Origin: Halarcobacter sp.
Lineage (GTDB): Bacteria > Campylobacterota > Campylobacteria > Campylobacterales > Arcobacteraceae
Length of the DNA: 64,000 bases
Assembly (NCBI GenBank): GCA_963676565.1
Contig: OY781089.1
Coordinates: 2,528,001 to 2,592,000, forward strand
Reading direction: 5' to 3'
The notes below the pieces were generated by a model. It worked only from the letters and a program-made list of their open reading frames with translations, did no database searches and was not told the DNA's origin. Positions 56,736 through 64,000 of the stretch are shown piece after piece. Both the position numbers and the translations under genes were made by a program. The number at the start of each line of letters is the position of its first letter. Position 1 is the stretch's first letter.

Positions 56736-58646
56736 ATGAAAACATTAAATGCATATTTCAAGGACATTAAAGAGCTTGAAAGATTTATTAAAGATAATTG
56801 TATTGAAGACTCTTCAAAACTTTTAATTCAAGTTTTCACCCATGAAAACAATCCTTCATATATAGAACAAATAACAAACTATTTTTCAAAAAATTTCCCT
56901 TTATCTTCCTTAATAGGCTCTACAACAGATGGAGAGATAAAAGATGGCTTAGTAAGTACTAATACAACAGTTATAAGTTTTACAATTTTTGAACAAATAA
57001 CTTTAAAAACTGAAATCACAAATCAATTTGATAACCACTTCCAAGTAGGAAAAGATATAGCATCAAAGATAATACAAGAGGATACAAAAGTTATAATATC
57101 TTTTATTGATGGCTTATTAGGAAATGGTGAAGAGTATATCAAAGGGATAGAGTCAATTGACAAAAATATTATTGTTGCAGGGGGACTTGCAGGGGATAAT
57201 GCAAAATTTGAAAATACTTATGTTTTTACAAAAGAGAAAATATACACAAAAGGTTTTGTGGCAGTATCTTTAAGTAGTAAAAACTTAAATGTTAATACTG
57301 ATTATAGTTTTAATTGGGTTCCTATTGGGCAAAAATTAAAAATCACAAAATCAGATAAAAATGTAGTTTATACTATAAATGATAGAACCGCATTAGAAAC
57401 ATATGCATATTATTTAGGTCATGATATTAGTAAAAATCTTCCATATGTGGGAATTGAATTTCCTTTAATTCTTGAAAGAAATGGTATACAAATAGCAAGG
57501 GCAGTAATTGCAAAAAATGATGATGGTTCTTTAGTATTTGCAGGGAACTTAAATGTTGGAGATGAAGTAAGTTTTGGTTATGGAAATTGCAATGAAATAC
57601 TTGATAAAACACAATACCATATTGATAAAATTGCTTCTAAACCAGTTGAAAGTATATTTATCTATTCATGTATGGCAAGAAGAAGATTTATGCCAGATAA
57701 AATTGAACATGAAACACTTATATATAACGATTTAGCACCAACAGCTGGTTTTTTTACGTATGGAGAGTTTTTTAGTGAGAAAGACAATAAAGAGCTTCTA
57801 AATCAAAGTATGACTCTTTTAGCTTTAAGTGAATCAGAAAATATAAATAATAAAAAAATCACATTAGATATAAAAAAAGGAGCAAGCTCAACAGTTCAAG
57901 CTTTATCACATTTAATCTATGTATCAACAAAAGAGCTTCAAAGAAAAGATGAAATTATGATTTCCCAATCAAGAAATGCTGCTATGGGTGAGATGTTGAA
58001 TATAGTTGCCCATCAATGGAGACAACCTTTAAGTTCTATTTCAATGATTGCTAATAATGCTTTAGCTGATTTAGAATTAGATAGTTTAGATAATGATTCC
58101 CTTGAAGAGTATCTTAAAAATATACAAAAGAAAGCATTAGATTTATCAAATATAATTAACAATTTCAAAAACCACTTTAAACCTAGTGATAAAAAAGAGG
58201 AGATATCATTAAAAAAACTTTTTGATGATACAAAAGATATAATAAATGCAAACCTTGAAAACAATGATATAGAACTAATCATACAAGATGATAATGCTCC
58301 AATTGTTTATGTTTATAAAAGAGAATTAATGCAAGTTCTTCTTAATCTTATAAACAACTCAAAAGAAGCATTTACACCACAAGAAAAATTAAAAAAAGCT
58401 ATTGTAATATCGGTGAAAGAATCAAATCAAAATGTCATTATAAGTGTTTGTGACAATGCAGGTGGAATAGATGAAAAGATTATTGATGAGATATTTAACC
58501 CATACTTTAGTACAAAAAATGAACTAAATGGGACTGGTCTTGGACTTTATATGAGTAAGATAATTATTGAAAAATATATGCAAGGTACAATAACAGCAGA
58601 GAATAGAAAATATGGCGCTTGTTTTAATATTCAGTTAAGAAAATAA
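56736..58646 (+). CDS. Cytoplasmic FIST-domain histidine kinase
   Basis: GSTTDGEI, GGLAGD, YSCMARR and GFFTYGE (FIST); AHQWRQP and GTGLGLY (kinase). Confidence 0.88.
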   Translation: MKTLNAYFKDIKELERFIKDNCIEDSSKLLIQVFTHENNPSYIEQITNYFSKNFPLSSLIGSTTDGEIKDGLVSTNTTVISFTIFEQITLKTEITNQFDNHFQVGKDIASKIIQEDTKVIISFIDGLLGNGEEYIKGIESIDKNIIVAGGLAGDNAKFENTYVFTKEKIYTKGFVAVSLSSKNLNVNTDYSFNWVPIGQKLKITKSDKNVVYTINDRTALETYAYYLGHDISKNLPYVGIEFPLILERNGIQIARAVIAKNDDGSLVFAGNLNVGDEVSFGYGNCNEILDKTQYHIDKIASKPVESIFIYSCMARRRFMPDKIEHETLIYNDLAPTAGFFTYGEFFSEKDNKELLNQSMTLLALSESENINNKKITLDIKKGASSTVQALSHLIYVSTKELQRKDEIMISQSRNAAMGEMLNIVAHQWRQPLSSISMIANNALADLELDSLDNDSLEEYLKNIQKKALDLSNIINNFKNHFKPSDKKEEISLKKLFDDTKDIINANLENNDIELIIQDDNAPIVYVYKRELMQVLLNLINNSKEAFTPQEKLKKAIVISVKESNQNVIISVCDNAGGIDEKIIDEIFNPYFSTKNELNGTGLGLYMSKIIIEKYMQGTITAENRKYGACFNIQLRK

Positions 58647-58664
58647 TATTTATATATTAATTTC

Positions 58665-59132
58665 TTAATTTCTAAGTGTTGCTATAAGCCTATTTGAATC
58701 TTTTAAAAAGCCAAATACATCATCTATTGATTTTACTAAAATATCTGAAGATAAAAAAGTTTTAGTACATAAACCTTCATCTTGTAAAATAGCAATACCT
58801 AAAACACACTCTTCTAACATTAATAGATCATTTCTACCATTACCAACACTTAAAACTGTTTTACTGCCTAGCTTCTTTACAAACTCTAACTTGTCTTTGT
58901 CTTGATTTTGCTTCCCTATTACTATAACTTCACAATTTGTGTTTTCTAACTCTTTTTTTACTGTGCCATAAGTATCTGCTGTAATTACATAAAATTTAAA
59001 ATCTGATGCAAGTTTATTAATATTTTCAGAAACATTTTTAAGTAGTTTTCCATCAACTGCAATTGTTCCATTATAATCAAATACAACACTTTTTATCTCA
59101 AAAGCTTCCCTACCTGGAATTTCAATTTTCAT
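58665..59132 (-). CDS. HAD hydrolase, soluble P-type-ATPase-like
   Basis: DYNGT, TADTYGT and VGNGRND motifs. Confidence 0.8.
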   Translation of the reverse strand: MKIEIPGREAFEIKSVVFDYNGTIAVDGKLLKNVSENINKLASDFKFYVITADTYGTVKKELENTNCEVIVIGKQNQDKDKLEFVKKLGSKTVLSVGNGRNDLLMLEECVLGIAILQDEGLCTKTFLSSDILVKSIDDVFGFLKDSNRLIATLRN

Positions 59133-59154
59133 ATATTTACTCTATTTATTTTAT

Positions 59155-59631
59155 TTATTCAAATCTTTTATCAGAACGTCTATTTATAACATCCTCTGCA
59201 CTTGCTTTTAACCATCCTGATCTACTATCTTTAACACCATCAAATTTTTCAATATATGGCTTTATATCTAAAAGTGGTGTTCCATCTAATACATCTATGC
59301 CATCTACATAAACTTTATTATCTTTAACACTTTTTAATTTTACTATTGATAAACCTATATGGTTTGGTCTAAGTGGTGTCCTTGTTGAAAAAACTCCTCT
59401 TTCTTGAGTATCCATAAAAGGAGTTACAGTAAGTTCAGTTCTTTTTACTTCATGAAAACTATATATTAAATAGATATGACTAAAGCCATCTAAATCTTTT
59501 AATCCCTCACTAAGCTCTTCATCAAGGATAATAATCCCTTCTACATCTTTTGCACCCTTTGGTTGAATAGGCATATCTTCAATAGCCTTAAAAGGTGTTT
59601 TTATTGTTCCAATTGGTTTTATATTATGCAT
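59155..59631 (-). CDS. trmO: tRNA m6t6A37 methyltransferase TrmO (TsaA) family
   Basis: GVFSTRTPLRPNHIGLS and DGTPLLDIKPY motifs. Confidence 0.88.
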   Translation of the reverse strand: MHNIKPIGTIKTPFKAIEDMPIQPKGAKDVEGIIILDEELSEGLKDLDGFSHIYLIYSFHEVKRTELTVTPFMDTQERGVFSTRTPLRPNHIGLSIVKLKSVKDNKVYVDGIDVLDGTPLLDIKPYIEKFDGVKDSRSGWLKASAEDVINRRSDKRFE

Positions 59632-60601
59632 TTTCTAATCTCTTTAAATATATTAAGGCTCTATTTGTAACTGCTTGGCTGTAAGTATTTATCTTAAAGT
59701 GTTCTGGACTCCAACCTTTTAAAAATCTTTTAAAATCTGCCCAAGATAGACAAAACAACATTCTCCATTCATCTTCAATATCTTGTGGATCGATACTAGG
59801 ATGATAAATCTCTATAGCCTTATGTAATTCATCAAAATAGATATCTTTTATAAACTCTTCTAAATCTTCACAATCTTCTGGTTCAACTGCACTACTCATA
59901 AAGTATGCTAAATCCTTCATCCCACAACCATGACCTACATATTGAAAATCAACTGCCGCACATCTTGTAACTGATTTATTAAAACAAAAATTTGCTAATT
60001 TTGCATCCCCATGGACTATTGTTTGATATTTAGTATTTTTAAGTATTTCGTCTATTGTACTTGCATATTCCTTTAATTCACCATCTTCAAGTCTTTCAAA
60101 CTCATCGGGTCTTGTTTCAAGATGCCAGTAAGTTCCAGTTTCCCAAAGTAGTTCATTTTTTATATTTAAATATTTAGCATGAAAATTTGCAAGCCAAGAT
60201 AAACAAATTTTTATATGGCTTTCATTTGCATCTAAGGTGGTTGTAACAAGCTCAATATCTGCTAAATCTTCCATTACTATTAGATACTCATTTTCTGTTT
60301 TAAAAGTTTTTAGACCTTGTGGTATTCTACATCTTTCATCAACTTCTTTGCTAAAGTTTTCATACCAATTTACTTCAACTTCATAGGAGTGAAGTTTTCT
60401 TTGATGGGAGAAATCAGTATTCCAGCCCCTTGGATGAAGTTCAGGTTTTGGAAGTTTTATATGTTTTACAATAATATTTTTTGATTCAAATTTTAGTCTT
60501 ACTAGTTCACCATATCCACTCCAAAGAGTCTGGATGGTTTCCTTTGAAATTAATTCGCCAATATCTAAGTCATTGCCAATTTTTTGATATAAAGAGTTCA
60601 T
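59624..60601 (-). CDS. Choline/ecdysteroid-kinase-like phosphotransferase
   Basis: LWSGYG, MEDL, HGDAKLANF and DFQY motifs. Confidence 0.8.
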   Translation of the reverse strand: MNSLYQKIGNDLDIGELISKETIQTLWSGYGELVRLKFESKNIIVKHIKLPKPELHPRGWNTDFSHQRKLHSYEVEVNWYENFSKEVDERCRIPQGLKTFKTENEYLIVMEDLADIELVTTTLDANESHIKICLSWLANFHAKYLNIKNELLWETGTYWHLETRPDEFERLEDGELKEYASTIDEILKNTKYQTIVHGDAKLANFCFNKSVTRCAAVDFQYVGHGCGMKDLAYFMSSAVEPEDCEDLEEFIKDIYFDELHKAIEIYHPSIDPQDIEDEWRMLFCLSWADFKRFLKGWSPEHFKINTYSQAVTNRALIYLKRLENA

Positions 60602-60625
60602 AGTTACGTATTATATTTAAAATAA

Positions 60626-60659
60626 AGTCAATAAATACTAATACAAGTAATTATTGACT
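60626..60659. terminator. Inverted repeat downstream of the EthD-family gene
   Basis: AGTCAATAAATACT / AGTAATTATTGACT, 14 bp with one mismatch. Confidence 0.5.
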
Positions 60660-60667
60660 AATTAAAT

Positions 60668-60979
60668 CTAAATTTTCACTTCACTTATTTGGATAATAGG
60701 GTTTGAATTTGTAAAGTTTGGTAAATCATTCATGATTTTATCTGCATGGGGAGTAAATGCTTCTTGAAAAGCTTCCACCGATTCAAATGTTAAATGAGTC
60801 ATAGCAACATAAGGAATCTCTTGCCCTGGAATTGCATTTGCTAATCCATAATCAACATTTGCACCTTTTAAAGCATCACCAATTAACTCTCCTGCCATTG
60901 GGATATGAGTATCTAAATAATAATCCATATCGAACTTAATATCTTCACCGTTTGGGTATAAAACACTTACTCTAACCAT
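60668..60979 (-). CDS. EthD-family protein
   Basis: VSVLYP, FDMDYY-x2-HIP and DLPNFTN motifs. Confidence 0.88.
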   Translation of the reverse strand: MVRVSVLYPNGEDIKFDMDYYLDTHIPMAGELIGDALKGANVDYGLANAIPGQEIPYVAMTHLTFESVEAFQEAFTPHADKIMNDLPNFTNSNPIIQISEVKI

Positions 60980-61042
60980 TTTTTCTCCTTAGTGATTATG
61001 TATTAAGATTAGTCTAACCAATTTTTTTAATAAAAACAATAG

Positions 61043-61921
61043 TTATTTACTGTTTTTGGAAAATTTAGAACTAACTAAAATACCACCAAAAATTACAAGT
61101 AAAATACCTATAAATGTAGTTAAATCAGGGAAAGCATCACCTAAAGCAACTCCAAATCCTATAGAAAATGGAATATTTGTATAACTAACTACTCCAATAA
61201 TACTTGCTTTACTTACACTATATGCCCTTGTAATAAACCACTGTGAACCAGTAGAAATGATAGCCATAAAACCAATCAAAGCCCAAATAACAGGATCTGT
61301 ATGGAGTTTAAATTCAAAAATCGGAGTAAAAAAATAAATTAACAATGGGATAATCAAACCAATCCCCATAAATGAAAGCATTATAAGTCTTGCATCAAAT
61401 ATATCTTTTATTTTTTTTATAGTTGCATAAGCACAAGCTGCAAAAAAACCACCCAGTACTCCTAAAACATGTTCAAATGAAAACTCTATTCCAAAAGGTT
61501 TCATCACAAGTATAATTCCTATAAATCCAATAATAAGTGCAAAAAATGTTTTTAAACTAATACTCTCTTTTACTAAATAATAGGCGAGTATTGTTACAAA
61601 AAATGGTGAAGTTCTATTTAAAACAACTGCTTCACCAAGGGGAATTGTTGCAATTGTATAAAAAAACAATGCCATTGCCAAAGCTCCAAACAATCCCCTT
61701 AATAATAGTAAATGTAACTTTGATCTATCAAAGGCTACATTAAATTTTTTTAGTGTAAATAGTATGATAAAAACACCTATTAAGTTTCTATAAAAAACTA
61801 TTTCTAAAGGATCCATACTAGTTGATAAGTACTTTGCTACTGCTCCATTTAGTGCTCCTAAAACAGAACTTGCAAGCATAAAAAGTACACCTATATCTAT
61901 TAACTTTAATCTTTCATTCAT
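61043..61921 (-). CDS. DMT/EamA family transporter
   Basis: About 10 TMs in two EamA repeats. Confidence 0.88.
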   Translation of the reverse strand: MNERLKLIDIGVLFMLASSVLGALNGAVAKYLSTSMDPLEIVFYRNLIGVFIILFTLKKFNVAFDRSKLHLLLLRGLFGALAMALFFYTIATIPLGEAVVLNRTSPFFVTILAYYLVKESISLKTFFALIIGFIGIILVMKPFGIEFSFEHVLGVLGGFFAACAYATIKKIKDIFDARLIMLSFMGIGLIIPLLIYFFTPIFEFKLHTDPVIWALIGFMAIISTGSQWFITRAYSVSKASIIGVVSYTNIPFSIGFGVALGDAFPDLTTFIGILLVIFGGILVSSKFSKNSK

Positions 61922-61935
61922 ATAATTTATTCTCT

Positions 61936-64000
61936 TTATTTATTCATATTTTTTTTAGTTTTATTGGTTGCAATTGCCTCATAAGGATTATCTGGCCAAT
62001 AATGTTTTTTGTACTTAGAAAATAACTCTTTTTTCACCTCAGCATAAGAGTTTTCCCAAAAACTTTTAAGGTCGTATGTTATTTGAATAGGCCTTAAAGC
62101 TGGACTTAAAAGATGCATTTGTAAAGGGGTTTTTCCATTTAAGATTTTTGGTGTTTCGTGAAGACCAAAAACCTCTTGTATTTTAACTTTTAATATTGGT
62201 GTTTGAATATTAGTGTAATCTATTTTTATATTTGAGCCACTTGGTACCCTTAAAAAACTAGGAGCTAAAATATCTATTTGTTGTTGTTTTTCCCAAGGAA
62301 TATATGAAAGTAAAATAGCATAAATATCCAAAGACTCTAATTGCTTAATTGATTTAACATCACTTAAGTATGGTTTTAACCAAGATTCAAGGGTCTCTAA
62401 TAAATCTTCATCTTTGAAACTTACCAACTCATCTTTCATATTTTCATTTATAAAGTTTACTCTATTTTTTAAATCAATCGTCTTTTTACTCCATGTTAAA
62501 AGCTCTAATCCCTCTTTTTTTATAAGTTCACAAAAAAGATTAGAAAAATCGATATTATTCTCAACTGAAATAGCCTTTGAAGTAAGTTCAACTTCATAAA
62601 AATTGCTAACTTCTCTTATATCAAGCCTTTTTGACTCTTTATTATAAGTTATTGTCTGTGTTGTTTTTATATATTCACTAAAATACTCTTGTATCAATTC
62701 AAGTGAAATTTTAATTGCATATGAGATATATGAATCTTTATTTTGAGCATTTAGTATTGGTGTTACTAAAAACCTTTCATTAAATAAAGAATCCTCAATA
62801 TCTATTATCGCACCCTTACCATTGCTAAGTTTATATCTATTATTATTTTTCCCTCTTTGCTTTGCTAATCTATCGGGATAAGCAAAAAGGATTAATATAC
62901 TTAAAATCTTTTCATCAACTCTTTTTTTAGCTTTTTTCACTTCCTCTAAAGAGTTTAATTTTTTAAATATAAACCTAGCTTGTTTTAAAATATTTGAAGC
63001 TAAGTTTTTATTTATTAGATGACTACCTAAATCATTTTCATATAAGTGAATAAATCTAGAATAGATATTAGTATCACTAAAACTGCTTTTAAAAATATCT
63101 TTTTCACTAAGTAGTGTTGCTAAAATTGATGCTTCATAGGCAAAGCCTAAGTCATTTGCTTTTAATATCATAAATGCAAATCTAGGATGAATCCCAAGGG
63201 ATAATGCTTTTTCCCCTATCTTTGTTATCAAAGAGTTTTCATCTAACATTTTTAACTCTTGAAGAACTAATTTTGTACTTTGTTCAACTTCCTTTAAAGG
63301 ATAATCTAAAAATTTGAGCTCTTTTGTATCTTTTACTCCCCAAAGTGAAATTTCAAGAAAAAATGAACTTAAATCTGTTCTTAGTATTTCAGGTTTTGTT
63401 GACTCTTGCAATATCTTTTTCTCATGCCAAAGTCTATAACACTTTCCACTACTTAATCTTCCCGCACGCCCTGCTCTTTGAACTGCTGAATCTTTTGAAA
63501 TAAAAGTAAGATTTAAATGATTCATACTTGTTGAATAGTTATAAGAGGATTGTTTTTCTAGTCCTGAATCAATAACAATGCTAACACCTTCAATAGTTAG
63601 TGATGTTTGAGCAATATTAGTTGAAAGTATTACTTTTCTTTTATCACTTCTTAGTAAAGCCTTATCTTGTTGCTCTTTACTCAAAGCTGAATATAAAGGT
63701 AAAATCTCTATATCACTTTTTTTACCTTTTAGTTTCTCATTTAAACTATTTTGCAAGTTTTTTATCTCTTTAGTTCCTGCTAAAAAAACTAATATATCCT
63801 CACTATTCTCTTCCAGTGCTTTTAAAGTTGTATCACAAAGTAAGCTATTTAGAGTTTTAAAATCAGGTTGTTTTATACTCTCTTTTAAATAGATATTTTC
63901 AACATCATATAACTTCCCCTTTGAACTTATAACAGGTACTTTTCCTAATAAATTTACTAGGTCATTTGAATTTAATGTTGCAGACATAATCAAAAGTTTT
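61936..64000 (-). CDS. hrpB: ATP-dependent helicase HrpB; 5' end beyond the window edge
   Basis: MSATL, STNIAQTSLTI, QRAGRAGR and the C-terminal LLSPA...YKKHYWP motif. Confidence 0.93.
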   Translation of the reverse strand, partial: KLLIMSATLNSNDLVNLLGKVPVISSKGKLYDVENIYLKESIKQPDFKTLNSLLCDTTLKALEENSEDILVFLAGTKEIKNLQNSLNEKLKGKKSDIEILPLYSALSKEQQDKALLRSDKRKVILSTNIAQTSLTIEGVSIVIDSGLEKQSSYNYSTSMNHLNLTFISKDSAVQRAGRAGRLSSGKCYRLWHEKKILQESTKPEILRTDLSSFFLEISLWGVKDTKELKFLDYPLKEVEQSTKLVLQELKMLDENSLITKIGEKALSLGIHPRFAFMILKANDLGFAYEASILATLLSEKDIFKSSFSDTNIYSRFIHLYENDLGSHLINKNLASNILKQARFIFKKLNSLEEVKKAKKRVDEKILSILILFAYPDRLAKQRGKNNNRYKLSNGKGAIIDIEDSLFNERFLVTPILNAQNKDSYISYAIKISLELIQEYFSEYIKTTQTITYNKESKRLDIREVSNFYEVELTSKAISVENNIDFSNLFCELIKKEGLELLTWSKKTIDLKNRVNFINENMKDELVSFKDEDLLETLESWLKPYLSDVKSIKQLESLDIYAILLSYIPWEKQQQIDILAPSFLRVPSGSNIKIDYTNIQTPILKVKIQEVFGLHETPKILNGKTPLQMHLLSPALRPIQITYDLKSFWENSYAEVKKELFSKYKKHYWPDNPYEAIATNKTKKNMNK

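Noticed and set aside
1..64000. CRISPR arrays, tRNA/rRNA, IS elements, prophage, integron
   Set aside because: No regularly spaced repeats, structural RNA signatures, transposase, integrase or phage genes seen; intergenic gaps are short

Overview
Very AT-rich chromosomal segment whose gene content and style fit Campylobacterota, most likely Arcobacteraceae (inference, no database search). It holds about 55 protein genes. I see no rRNA, tRNA, CRISPR array, integrase or transposase. Recognisable loci: iorAB-type molybdoenzyme (cut by the left edge), uvrA, pdxH, an L,D-transpeptidase, sstT, a TMAO/sulfoxide reductase torCA pair behind a response regulator/solute-binding protein/histidine kinase trio, a nagZ-SSS transporter-anmK-amgK-murU peptidoglycan-recycling operon, a nuclease-helicase (DUF2075-like), sfsA, trmO and hrpB (cut by the right edge). 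The strongest unannotated signal is at 37.3-47.0 kb. Four intergenic GG-N10-GC (sigma54-type) motifs, all ending TTGCAT and all 30-35 nt before a start codon, front a set of mostly hypothetical genes. These include a NifO/ArsC-type nitrogenase-associated protein and a hemerythrin-small protein-MoxR AAA+-VWA-hypothetical operon, suggesting a nif-accessory regulon separated from the nif core. Other candidates are an SD-sequestering multi-hairpin sfsA leader, an overlapping uORF before a CNNM Mg2+ transporter and a shared AraC-type promoter box. All family calls come from motif recognition by eye.
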